Below are positions 7,711-16,665 of a stretch of DNA of 64,000 nt, piece by piece. Made by a program: the position numbers and the translations under genes. Position 1 is the stretch's first letter, and every line of letters starts with the position of its first letter. This DNA comes from a virus (taxonomy: Duplodnaviria > Caudoviricetes), in IMG/VR virus record IMGVR_UViG_3300050034_000334; one strand, 5' to 3'. Under the pieces are notes generated by a model, which saw only the letters and a list, made by a program, of their open reading frames with translations, had not been told where the DNA came from and ran no database searches.

Positions 7711-7739
7711 CTCTACGGAACTCATGCGAGAAACGGTTA
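7711..7739 (-). promoter_or_regulatory. Phage promoter TAACCG-N17-GTAGAG
   Basis: Exact motif. Confidence 0.8.
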
Positions 7740-8624
7740 GGATGGATTGAACTTCAAATTCCTTCCCGCTTCGAAGTATTCCCAAGGATCCTTGAACTCG
7801 TCATTCAGGAATCTAACTTTGTATCCTTCTCGCTGAAGACGCTGGGAGTATTTCAGTCCGGTCTCATCAGAGTCGAGGAGGAAGATGATGTCAAGTCCTT
7901 CCATGAACTTGAAGTGAGCCTCCGAAGCGAAGGCAGATCCCAATCCTACGCTCTGTCCTTCCTCCATGAGATCACAGGCGATGTGATCGTATAGACCTTC
8001 GACGACATAGACCGGCTTGGAGGGGTCAACCTTCTGAAGTCCAAAGGTGGCTTGTCTCCCATGAGAGAAAAGCCACTTACACATGAGACTGCTGATGTGA
8101 TCGTCCACGAAGCGGAAGACCAGGCAGTTCAGATTTCCCTGTCGATCGTAGCTGGGGCAGGTCATGAACTCTTCTTGAGTGAGGTCGACAACGAATCCCA
8201 GGTTGGCCAGGATAGCACTTGAGATAAGCATCGCATCCCGGTTGAATGGAAAGTAGTTCTTCCATGACGTATACTGATGGGGTTCCCATTTCCAGCTGGA
8301 GATTCCGTAGTTCGGAGCGACCTCGAGTGGAAACTTCCGGTCGGTCAGAAATTTGGTCACCCGTTCACTGATGGGTCGACTCAGGAAGGCCATAGTCTCT
8401 TCAAGCGAGATTGGTGGGTAGTGGGGAGTGTAAGGAATCTTCATGCGTTGGGCGATGTGGGCAGCATACTCAGGGAAGACAGTATGGACATCCAGCATCT
8501 CCTGAATCCCATCGGTTCCCACTATGGCCTTGATGATGTCGTCATCGTCTTCATTGACGAAGTACTCAAGAAGTGGGCAAGGATCAATGAACAGTTTTTT
8601 GACAAAGGATTTAGTCTTTCCCAT
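7737..8624 (-). CDS. Toprim-domain (DnaG primase-like) protein
   Basis: VYVVEGLYD and FLLDSDETG Toprim motifs. Confidence 0.75.
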   Translation of the reverse strand: MGKTKSFVKKLFIDPCPLLEYFVNEDDDDIIKAIVGTDGIQEMLDVHTVFPEYAAHIAQRMKIPYTPHYPPISLEETMAFLSRPISERVTKFLTDRKFPLEVAPNYGISSWKWEPHQYTSWKNYFPFNRDAMLISSAILANLGFVVDLTQEEFMTCPSYDRQGNLNCLVFRFVDDHISSLMCKWLFSHGRQATFGLQKVDPSKPVYVVEGLYDHIACDLMEEGQSVGLGSAFASEAHFKFMEGLDIIFLLDSDETGLKYSQRLQREGYKVRFLNDEFKDPWEYFEAGRNLKFNPS

Positions 8625-8629
8625 GCATT

Positions 8630-9205
8630 ATGGGTACTCACTTTCTTATGCCCTGCGCCATTTCGCCTCGTGAATTTCCGAAAGTCGTCAACGACCTTGA
8701 GAGGTTACACTTCTCATCGAATGTCCAGTCTGTCTTCAAGAAAGAGTCGAATACCAATCCGGCTCTCATTGTGAAGATGATGGAAGCTGTTCCACGTAAC
8801 CAGCGTGTGAGGAACGGAACGCAAGAGGAAACTCTCATCAGAGGAGGAGATCCACTTGCTTTGCTCAAGTACATGGATCTCGTGGGTATCGGAGAGTGGC
8901 CTGCTGCTGAAGATACTCTCGCAACCTCAGTGAAGAGTGCGATCGGATATGTCGAGCAGATAGGCAACAAACCATTCCCCAAGGGAGAGCCTCAAATCGC
9001 GACCCAGGCCAACCTGGCCTTCTGGTATGCCACTGAGGTTCTGAAGACAAGATTTCCTGCCGGCGAGCCAGCTATCAAGACAAGACCCAAGATCTGGGCT
9101 GCCTACGTCGAGGAGCTAGAAGAAATGGGTCAAGATTTGCCTGAACAGGATTGGGAAGAACTGCCTGGGATCACAGTTGAGCCACCCAAGAAGAGGAGAC
9201 CATAA
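8630..9205 (+). CDS. Hypothetical protein
   Basis: ORF track; coupled to next ORF. Confidence 0.6.
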   Translation: MGTHFLMPCAISPREFPKVVNDLERLHFSSNVQSVFKKESNTNPALIVKMMEAVPRNQRVRNGTQEETLIRGGDPLALLKYMDLVGIGEWPAAEDTLATSVKSAIGYVEQIGNKPFPKGEPQIATQANLAFWYATEVLKTRFPAGEPAIKTRPKIWAAYVEELEEMGQDLPEQDWEELPGITVEPPKKRRP

Positions 9206-10431
9206 TGCCTAGATTCATGTCAAGTCTCCTGAAGGACGCTGCCTCCAATGCTGTCATCAAAGAGGCACAGGCTCGGTTCGGCGGCAATCCTGATTTTCCG
9301 AAGGATGAGATCGGCGTCTCGCGCCTGTTTAGTCGTCTAGACAACCTGGTGCCCAAAGAAGTTCAGGCCTCTGGAATCGGCAAGCAGATCTACTTCTTCC
9401 TGCTCAAGTTGCTCTTCAAAGAAACTCCTCCCGGATTCGTTCTGGGAGAGGATGACTACAAAGTCAAGCCTCTGATCAAATCCTATTGCAACGCTCTAGA
9501 CAAACAGCAGCTGGCTGCTCAAGATCGTAGTCTCGACAGATACCGCAACCTTGAGGAGCTAGAGACCACGCTGGAGGCTATCGAGGAGAAGAAGGTTCCC
9601 AAGCTGGAGGAAGGCAAGAAGTCCGTCTACACTCCACAAGAGGAAGCAATCATCAAGAAGGGATCGAAGATCATCTACGACAGCGGCGGCTGGACAGTTT
9701 ACAAGTGCCCACAGTCCTCTGCTCCGGATGTCCTGGCTGCTGTTAAGCTCCTTTGCGATAACCCTCGGCATCATGTTTCTTGGTGCGTGGGAAGAGGAGC
9801 GACTCAGTATCAAGGAGTTGGCGACTTCTTTGTCTTTCAGCAGAATGGCATCTCCCGATATGCTGTATCCTCTAATCAGGGGAAGGACTTCACGATCTGG
9901 AATGCCAACGACACTCCTATCTTCAGCGCCAATCAGTGGGGAGAAGAGGCTAAGAATCGGTCGCAAGAGAAACCCATCGCTCAGATGATGCGAGCAGTGG
10001 CCAAGAAGAACGGCATACCATTCGACCTGAATACCCTGAGTGTCTTGCCTCAGGACCTCCTCGTACCACTGAAGGCAGTTTACAAGAAGGAACCAGCACT
10101 CGCTTTCATGCCGGAAGCCGCACTCAATCCAGACCGAAAGCTGTCGGAGAATGTGCACAAGATCCTTCACCTGATGTCTGCCAGGGATCTAGTTGGCGAT
10201 CTGAATCCTATGTTCGACAGTTACTCTGCGGCTCTCGTTGGTATGAATGTTCTGGCGGCGGCTGTGGGCAAGAAGGTCAACATGGACTTTGACGAAGCGG
10301 CATTCAAGATGATGAACAGTCGGTGTCTCGAGGGATATCTAGAAGCAGCAGCCGGGCAGGGTGTTCTGAAGATCCCCAAGCCTCTGGATGACATGCTCCT
10401 GCAACTGATGTACGACTGGGCTCACGAATAG
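9205..10431 (+). CDS. Hypothetical protein (408 aa) with SxLLKxA N-terminal motif
   Basis: Long ORF with coherent codon usage. Confidence 0.75.
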   Translation: MPRFMSSLLKDAASNAVIKEAQARFGGNPDFPKDEIGVSRLFSRLDNLVPKEVQASGIGKQIYFFLLKLLFKETPPGFVLGEDDYKVKPLIKSYCNALDKQQLAAQDRSLDRYRNLEELETTLEAIEEKKVPKLEEGKKSVYTPQEEAIIKKGSKIIYDSGGWTVYKCPQSSAPDVLAAVKLLCDNPRHHVSWCVGRGATQYQGVGDFFVFQQNGISRYAVSSNQGKDFTIWNANDTPIFSANQWGEEAKNRSQEKPIAQMMRAVAKKNGIPFDLNTLSVLPQDLLVPLKAVYKKEPALAFMPEAALNPDRKLSENVHKILHLMSARDLVGDLNPMFDSYSAALVGMNVLAAAVGKKVNMDFDEAAFKMMNSRCLEGYLEAAAGQGVLKIPKPLDDMLLQLMYDWAHE

Positions 10432-10438
10432 GAGATCT

Positions 10439-11206
10439 ATGAAAAGTGCATTGCTGAAACTCGCAGTTGGTAGCGACATCGCTCTTCGTGAACCCGGTGG
10501 AGAAATTGAAGAGTTCATCGAGAACTACGACAGGGGAAGATTCCTCGAGTTCGTGAAGAGAAATGCTGATGAGTACAATTCAGTGAGCATCCTTGAGCAC
10601 TACATCACTGACAAGGCCTCGGCTCTCATGTATAAGAAGCTCGTCACTCGCTGCGCCGAAGAGCTTGTCAGCATGAACCCTGGGTCCACCGGAATGGACC
10701 TTCCCTACCCAGTGGGTCGGTATGCCTTCAGTGCAATCGGGATGAAGTTCCCCAATGCATTCTTGGAGCACTTCTCCGGTGAGCAAGCCATGGATGCCTA
10801 TTTCGGAGCATGCTACAATTCGGATCGCTACACCAGTGAGTACGAACCTGGTGCCGAAGAGATTCTGAAGAAGATCACTCTGGCTAATGTTCCCTGGATC
10901 AAGGTCGCCAACCAGGTGCTCGCTGGTCAGGACTACTATGCCTCTATGCTCTCAGTGGTAGGAGTAGAGGACATCATCGCGCTTTGGGGTGAACAGGTTC
11001 TCGGTGATTGGTGGAGGAGACTTTCCTATAACAAGGCCAAAAAGTTCTGCTCCAACATTGGTGACATGACTGGCATGGAAGACGAGTACTGGAATGCCTT
11101 TGCTGGAAAGTTTGGTGACAAACCTGAGCCAGGAGCAAAGCAGCAACTCAAAGACTGGCGTCAGGAAGGTATCGGTGCTCCACCTCGTCGAAGAGAGTTA
11201 GAGTAG
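10439..11206 (+). CDS. Hypothetical protein (255 aa) with SxLLKxA N-terminal motif
   Basis: Long ORF, AGGAG RBS. Confidence 0.75.
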   Translation: MKSALLKLAVGSDIALREPGGEIEEFIENYDRGRFLEFVKRNADEYNSVSILEHYITDKASALMYKKLVTRCAEELVSMNPGSTGMDLPYPVGRYAFSAIGMKFPNAFLEHFSGEQAMDAYFGACYNSDRYTSEYEPGAEEILKKITLANVPWIKVANQVLAGQDYYASMLSVVGVEDIIALWGEQVLGDWWRRLSYNKAKKFCSNIGDMTGMEDEYWNAFAGKFGDKPEPGAKQQLKDWRQEGIGAPPRRRELE

Positions 11207-11214
11207 GGAGAATC

Positions 11215-11590
11215 ATGAGAGCCAAGAGTGCATTGACAGAAAGTCTCCAACGTGAGCGGTCTCGTCGAAATCCTTGAGGAGTACGATCGCGAGGGATTCA
11301 TGGATTTCGTCCGTCGTGAAGCGCATAATAGTCGGATCTCTGGTGAGTTGGAGATGATGAACCTAGACAGGGCCAGCGCCGTACTTAGAGCATCAACGTG
11401 TTGCCCAGACTGGGAAAAGAAGGACTCCCGAAGAATGCAAAAGATACACGGATCTAAGAACGGAGTACTGGTCAGATATCAGCAAACGTACAGCCATGTC
11501 TGATAAATTGAAGAATCGTGAAAAGAGTCCTGAGCATAGACAAAAGCTGAGGGAAGCCGCGCTACGAAGAGCCGCAAGAGAACGTGATGG
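11215..11590 (+). pseudogene. Frameshifted, truncated paralog of ORF 10439 fused to a NUMOD3-like endonuclease remnant
   Basis: MRAKSAL//VSGLVEILEEYDREGFMDFVRREA versus MKSALL...IEEFIENYDRGRFLEFVKRNA; downstream frame has TGKRRTPEECKR and REKSPEHRQKLREAA. Confidence 0.55.
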
Positions 11591-12721
11591 TCATATCGTC
11601 CAGTGCCTTTCCTTCCAGGTGGGACCATACCCCATGATGGAAACCGGAACACCCAGCTTGTCCTTGAAGTAGACGTCAGTCGCAACAACGTCGTTGTGGC
11701 TGAGAGCAATCTCATCGAGACCACCGATGATGCCTATGGCCTTCTTGGCGACGTCGAAATCGAACTTGCCCACGCGCCAGGGGCCTTGCCAGGATCCGTT
11801 CGTGTTGTGAAGTTCTCCTCGTTGCAACATCATCCTAACGAGATCCTGATCCTCAACAACATCGTTCGTTTGATATTCAGTCGGAAATGGACCAGCGCCG
11901 TGCCGCGTGAAGTATGTCCGGAAGCATCCAATTCTCTTGATCGTTCCTTCGAACTCAGCTTTTGTCAGGAGTTTGTATGCATTGCCGAAGGTGCAGTCAG
12001 TCCAGGTGTAGAAAGGAGGATCGCCATGAAGTTCATCCAAGAGCACTCCCTGCGCGCCTTCGAAGATCATCACGTTCTCAGTCGGCATCTCATTCACGAC
12101 TTGACCGGGCCAATTGTAGTACAACTGAGCGAACTCCAGATTGCTCTGCTTGATACCGGCATCCTTACGAGCGAGGAAATCCTTGTACATCCCGATGTAG
12201 TGATGGACCTGCATCTCCAAGATGTCAGCCACTCTTCGTCTGTCGAATAGATCGCCGGCATAGAGCGTGATGTCAGGGTTCTCCAGGGACATCCTACGAG
12301 CTTCCCCAATTCCTTGGCCGCAGCTGCCATGACGACCTTCGCCGCGCTCCTCTTCGAGCATCCGATTCACAATCACATGGAGTGGAGTAACGATCACACA
12401 CTTCCGGTGTACGGTCAATCGATCCCAGATGTTCTTGATTCCAAGCTCGATCAGATGATCGGCTTCGTTCATCTGTGCGATGGGATTCACCATCATGTAC
12501 TTGGACAGATGAGTCCTCACCTTGGGAGAAAATGAGCCAGAACCAAACTGAGCAAACGTGTGATGTTTCTTATCAGGGAGAACTACATTGTGTGCGGCCT
12601 GAGGACCACCGTTGAATCTGACATTGAGGGTGGCTCCGAGTTCACGAGAAAGAAAGTCGACAGTCGCTCCCTTTCCTTCATCACCCCACACCATTCCTTG
12701 CACTAACACAGCAGTACTCAT
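11591..12721 (-). CDS. purA: Divergent adenylosuccinate synthetase-like protein
   Basis: WGDEGKG, RFNGGPQAAH and EGAQG motifs; the Asp-binding TTGR loop is absent. Confidence 0.8.
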   Translation of the reverse strand: MSTAVLVQGMVWGDEGKGATVDFLSRELGATLNVRFNGGPQAAHNVVLPDKKHHTFAQFGSGSFSPKVRTHLSKYMMVNPIAQMNEADHLIELGIKNIWDRLTVHRKCVIVTPLHVIVNRMLEEERGEGRHGSCGQGIGEARRMSLENPDITLYAGDLFDRRRVADILEMQVHHYIGMYKDFLARKDAGIKQSNLEFAQLYYNWPGQVVNEMPTENVMIFEGAQGVLLDELHGDPPFYTWTDCTFGNAYKLLTKAEFEGTIKRIGCFRTYFTRHGAGPFPTEYQTNDVVEDQDLVRMMLQRGELHNTNGSWQGPWRVGKFDFDVAKKAIGIIGGLDEIALSHNDVVATDVYFKDKLGVPVSIMGYGPTWKERHWTI

Positions 12722-12727
12722 GCCATC

Positions 12728-12756
12728 CTCTACGGAAACTAGGGTTGGATCGGTTA
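12728..12756 (-). promoter_or_regulatory. Phage promoter TAACCG-N17-GTAGAG; leaderless purA-like mRNA
   Basis: Exact motif, ATG 6 nt downstream. Confidence 0.8.
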
Positions 12757-13263
12757 CAATTCGTCTTGTTCTTGTTCTAGAAAGAGTCTCTTGGTTTTAA
12801 GCTGAGCCTGTGGAGTGACTCTGTGAGCACGGCCTTCTCCGATCAGGTACTCGCCTGTCCGTCGTGCTTCCTGGCGCAGCCGGAGCCTCTCAGCCCGGTC
12901 ACGTTCGGCTCCATGCTCCTGGTCCTCGCGATCAATCACCTGGAAGCGAGTTTCAAGTCCACGATCGCGACGAAGGGTCTCTTCCTGAACACGAAGATTG
13001 TCAGCTTGATTGGTAGAGAACTGAGCAAACTCTCTCACTTCCTGCTCATTGAGAGTCACTGGATAGGCTTTCTCTCCAATGAGGACCGCCAGAATTACAC
13101 GAGGTGGAATGACAGCGTTGTTCTTGGGATTGGGGAGCAGAATCAGGCCAGTGGGAATAAGCATGTGATCACGAGGATTTGCTGGGTCCTCGATCTTGAG
13201 TCCTTCTCGTACCAACTGCAGGTAGAAGTTCTCAGGGGTTGGCAGTTCGGTTAGGATCTTCAT
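12754..13263 (-). CDS. Hypothetical protein
   Basis: ORF track. Confidence 0.6.
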   Translation of the reverse strand: MKILTELPTPENFYLQLVREGLKIEDPANPRDHMLIPTGLILLPNPKNNAVIPPRVILAVLIGEKAYPVTLNEQEVREFAQFSTNQADNLRVQEETLRRDRGLETRFQVIDREDQEHGAERDRAERLRLRQEARRTGEYLIGEGRAHRVTPQAQLKTKRLFLEQEQDEL

Positions 13264-13516
13264 GATGTTCCTCGACTGGTTTCAAACTGGCAAAAAACTC
13301 ATCGGTTTCCTTGCGCAATGCTTGGATTTCACGTTCTGTAAAGTATCGGACGCCGCTGTCTGGACAGATGAGATGTTCGGTGAACGACTTCACATGATCT
13401 TCAATGACCTTGCCGATGTATCGTATCTTGTCTTCCATGGGAAGAATCATGTCCCATTCCCGGTCGGAAGTCAGGGTCAGAATTTCGGCGGCGATTTGTG
13501 TGTGACGCTTAGGCAT
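13232..13516 (-). CDS. Hypothetical protein
   Basis: ORF track; start moved to MPKRH. Confidence 0.55.
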   Translation of the reverse strand: MPKRHTQIAAEILTLTSDREWDMILPMEDKIRYIGKVIEDHVKSFTEHLICPDSGVRYFTEREIQALRKETDEFFASLKPVEEHHEDPNRTANP

Positions 13517-13883
13517 GATCAGATGCCTTCTTGAACTCAATCTTGTTGGCGTCTTCCAACTTGACCCAGAATCGAATTGCACGAGTCTTCTTCGACTTGG
13601 ATCCTGGCTTTGGTGGAAGTCCCTTCCAGTAGAAGGTGATCGAGTCGTAGTCAGAAACTCCCTTGCGAATGTAGATCCGATCTATCTTGAGAAGAGATCC
13701 CTTTGGAATGACACAGGGTCTTGATTTCATACTCTTGTTAGAGTAGAAATAGTCCCAGTACTCCTTGGTGACATCCCCTAGAAACACAAGAAAATCGTAA
13801 TTTCGTCTCTCATTCCAAAGTCCAAACTCCCAGTTGGAAGTAAGAACGATCTCATCGCCTATGGAGGGAATGTACATCTTCAT
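13509..13883 (-). CDS. Hypothetical phage protein
   Basis: ORF track; AGGTGA RBS before MKMYIP. Confidence 0.65.
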   Translation of the reverse strand: MKMYIPSIGDEIVLTSNWEFGLWNERRNYDFLVFLGDVTKEYWDYFYSNKSMKSRPCVIPKGSLLKIDRIYIRKGVSDYDSITFYWKGLPPKPGSKSKKTRAIRFWVKLEDANKIEFKKASDHA

Positions 13884-13931
13884 CGGGATCACCTGAAATG
13901 CGGGCCTTTCGACCCGCACTCCGATTGTGCA

Positions 13932-14144
13932 CTAGATCTTTTCAGCGTTGATTGTTCTTCCACTGTAAGTGTAACCCGCACTATCACGGGACAACACCAC
14001 AGTCTCATGTCCGTTTCCGACGAAACTTGCTACTTCGCCAGTAATGCGGTCACCTTTTGTGGCAATTCCATCACTCACGATAGTCACCCTATCGCCCACT
14101 TGAATGGTTCCGGTTCTACCCTCACCCTGTTGTAATGCTCTCAT
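13932..14144 (-). CDS. Small hypothetical protein
   Basis: GGAG RBS. Confidence 0.5.
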   Translation of the reverse strand: MRALQQGEGRTGTIQVGDRVTIVSDGIATKGDRITGEVASFVGNGHETVVLSRDSAGYTYSGRTINAEKI

Positions 14145-14165
14145 TTCTCTCCTTCTGCAATTGGC

Positions 14166-14837
14166 TTACAGAGAAGCCAGCAGTGCGTCGGCCTTCTCAT
14201 CCTTGAGAGGATCAGGAGGAGTGGACATGTCGGCGATGGTGCGGTTGAACTCTTCCTTGGCCACATTCGACTTGGCATCGATACGGTCAGAGATGTTGTC
14301 GACGCTCTCACCATTCAGGGCGTCTGTAGCGAACGACTGGATCTGCTGGAGGTTCTTGGTTGCCTGACCCAGAGCAGCAGCACCGGCATCCTTGGACTTG
14401 AGCAGCTGCAAACGGGAGTAGATCTCCTGATGCTTCGCTACCAGTTTGTCCTTGGCTCCGTCAAGCGCGATAGAGTTGGCCTGAGCCGCGTCAAGCTGTG
14501 ACTGAATGGCCGCCAGTTCATTCTGGTGGAGGAGGATCTGATCGACCTCATTCTTGGCATAACCCAATGAAGTCGGGTCGCCCTTTGACTTCCAGGCCTT
14601 GGCGCGAGCGGTGCTCTCGTTGATCTGTGCCTGCTTGGCATCGTGCTGGCTTTGGAGGGTCGTGACGTTGGCCGCCGCGACCGCCGCCAGGTGCTTGGTG
14701 GTATCGATGTTCTGTTCGAACTCCCGAACCTTCTGTGTGAGGACAGGAATGGAGTCCATATCGATGGCGGCATCGGCTGCTTCATGAGCATGCGCCATCA
14801 CGAGGGTACGCATTTTGGAAAATAGGCTTTCAGCCAT
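14166..14837 (-). CDS. PspA/IM30 family protein
   Basis: LFSKMRTLVMAHAHEAADAAID N-terminus, long coiled coil, ADALLASL end. Confidence 0.7.
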   Translation of the reverse strand: MAESLFSKMRTLVMAHAHEAADAAIDMDSIPVLTQKVREFEQNIDTTKHLAAVAAANVTTLQSQHDAKQAQINESTARAKAWKSKGDPTSLGYAKNEVDQILLHQNELAAIQSQLDAAQANSIALDGAKDKLVAKHQEIYSRLQLLKSKDAGAAALGQATKNLQQIQSFATDALNGESVDNISDRIDAKSNVAKEEFNRTIADMSTPPDPLKDEKADALLASL

Positions 14838-14866
14838 GGTGGTTCAGTTCCTTTCAGTGCACGAGG

Positions 14867-15283
14867 TTAGGCAATGGGTGAAGGTGGTGTCTTCAGAGCA
14901 TCGACAAGGGTGTGAAGTTCGGAGACAACTGTTTCCAAACGATCGTAGACACTGGGCTCTTCTTCCTCGTCCACAAAATGAGGCTTGATGAAGAAAATCT
15001 CATTCCAGGTCGGTCCGTCGGGTTCGTAGCTGCGCTCGAACATACGATTCAGATCCGGGTTGCCATTGGGCTGAACAATACCCAAGGCAAGCAGTTCGGC
15101 CCATCCGGGCCACAGGCCGCTCCAGCGAGCGAACAGAGGATCATGGTTGACACAAGTATCTGGGTCACATTGAAGTCTCTGTCCGCCGCAGACGGAGCAA
15201 CGCTCGGTGTCACAGTTCTGGTTGTGAGGCTGACCAGGCAGTGCACCACAGTCATGACAGGTTGTCAATTGTCTTTGAGGCAT
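14867..15283 (-). CDS. Cys-rich hypothetical protein
   Basis: CHDCGALPGQPH...C...CSVCGGQRLQC. Confidence 0.65.
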   Translation of the reverse strand: MPQRQLTTCHDCGALPGQPHNQNCDTERCSVCGGQRLQCDPDTCVNHDPLFARWSGLWPGWAELLALGIVQPNGNPDLNRMFERSYEPDGPTWNEIFFIKPHFVDEEEEPSVYDRLETVVSELHTLVDALKTPPSPIA

Positions 15284-15297
15284 CGTATTCTTCTTTC

Positions 15298-16596
15298 CTA
15301 GAAGCCGGAGTCGTCCCCACTGGAAGTGCCACCGCCGCTGTCTCCACTACCCCAACTGGAGTCACTGCCGCTGGATGATGAAGAATCATCGTCATCGCTC
15401 TTGCTGGATCCCCAGGAAGAGTCATTTCCGGATGATACCCTTTCTTCTGGCTCGGGATCCGGCTCACGCACAGGCTCACGATATACAGGATCGCGATACA
15501 CTGGGCGATCGTCGTAGCGAGGACGGTCAGCCAGGATCTCGCCGGCAATCAGGCCGCTGGTGAAGTCTCCACTGTTATCGTGCTCATGGATAACCACGGT
15601 GCTCTGAACAGGAGGAGCAGCCTGAGGACTATACGGTGGAGGAGTGGGAGCACTGCTCCTTGGAGCATAGGACGGAGATGGAGTTGGACGAGGATACTGA
15701 CGAGAAGACCTGCCGCCAGTCGAAGGATGCAGGACGTCCTGTAGATCATTTTCGAACTTCTGCCAACTGCTGGCGATGTCGTTGTAGGCTTCCATTGACA
15801 GTCCATCCGTGGTGGGGTCATACTTGACCGCTCCGGAGAGGTTCGCATACTTGGCCGCGAAGGTAGAGTAGAGGGTGCTGGTCTTGTCCATGGCAGAGAA
15901 TGCATCGGTCGCGTTGTTGCAAGCACGGATGGCAGTCTGCTGAGCAGCATCAGTTGCCGACTTGGTAAGTTGGCGCCGATTGTAGAGAGCCCAGATGATC
16001 CAAACGACGATACCCAGAGCAGATAGGAACAGGAGCCACTTGAAGAATGTCCAGAGTCCGCTGTAATCGGTCGCTTGGTTGATCGTGGTCTTCTGCACAG
16101 GATGCTTGGCCTGATCATGGAAGGCAACCAGCTTCAAATTCAGAGCCTGGATGGTCGCATTGGCTCCGTCTGCCCATTGCTGCTTCTTGTATAGAGGATT
16201 GGCCGCCGTGGAGTAGAGTGAGTCCACTTCCTCCTTGGAACCGAAGACGTGAACGTATGAATCACCCAGGAAGATGTTCTTCTTCCGCTCTGCAGGAGCG
16301 ACAGCAATCACGATGAGATTGCCCTTGGCGGTGCCGTTAGGTGCTTGCCAGGACTTGCAGTTCTTGACATATGCGTTGTATGCGTTCTGTAGATTGCCGC
16401 CGTACTTCGCCATCGAAACCGCGATCACATGGACATCGGCTCCCTGATCGACCAAGGGGTCCGGATTGATAGTGCCTTGAAGTACACCCGTCTCATCGCT
16501 GACTGTGGAGCAAGACTGAGCGTACACAGCGACCGGCCATAGAAGAATGGTGGCCAAGAGTGTAACGAACATTGTTGGAATCAGATACCTTTTCAT
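15298..16596 (-). CDS. TPM-domain membrane protein with low-complexity Gly/Ser/Asp tail
   Basis: Signal peptide, VSDETGVL...NLIVIAVAPAERK...WADG TPM-like region, TM helix, SSWGS-type tail. Confidence 0.7.
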   Translation of the reverse strand: MKRYLIPTMFVTLLATILLWPVAVYAQSCSTVSDETGVLQGTINPDPLVDQGADVHVIAVSMAKYGGNLQNAYNAYVKNCKSWQAPNGTAKGNLIVIAVAPAERKKNIFLGDSYVHVFGSKEEVDSLYSTAANPLYKKQQWADGANATIQALNLKLVAFHDQAKHPVQKTTINQATDYSGLWTFFKWLLFLSALGIVVWIIWALYNRRQLTKSATDAAQQTAIRACNNATDAFSAMDKTSTLYSTFAAKYANLSGAVKYDPTTDGLSMEAYNDIASSWQKFENDLQDVLHPSTGGRSSRQYPRPTPSPSYAPRSSAPTPPPYSPQAAPPVQSTVVIHEHDNSGDFTSGLIAGEILADRPRYDDRPVYRDPVYREPVREPDPEPEERVSSGNDSSWGSSKSDDDDSSSSSGSDSSWGSGDSGGGTSSGDDSGF

Positions 16597-16620
16597 GGGT
16601 GTAGCTTCCTCGTTTCTGTT

Positions 16621-16652
16621 TCCAGGGTCCTGACCGAAGCCAGAACCCTAGA
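16621..16652 (-). other. 14-bp hairpin with cUUCGg tetraloop between the vWA and TPM genes
   Basis: TCTAGGGTTCTGGC-TTCG-GTCAGGACCCTGGA; no U-tract. Confidence 0.6.
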
Positions 16653-16665
16653 ATTTGCCGGCTGC

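Noticed and set aside
8620-8634. Back-to-back ATGs 5 bp apart in CCCAT-GCATT-ATGGG
   Set aside because: The true start of the plus-strand ORF is uncertain and no promoter could be assigned.
11591-12721. PurZ / Z-genome biosynthesis
   Set aside because: The motif is GDEGKG (Asp), not the Ser variant, and no DatZ/MazZ-type partner was recognised.
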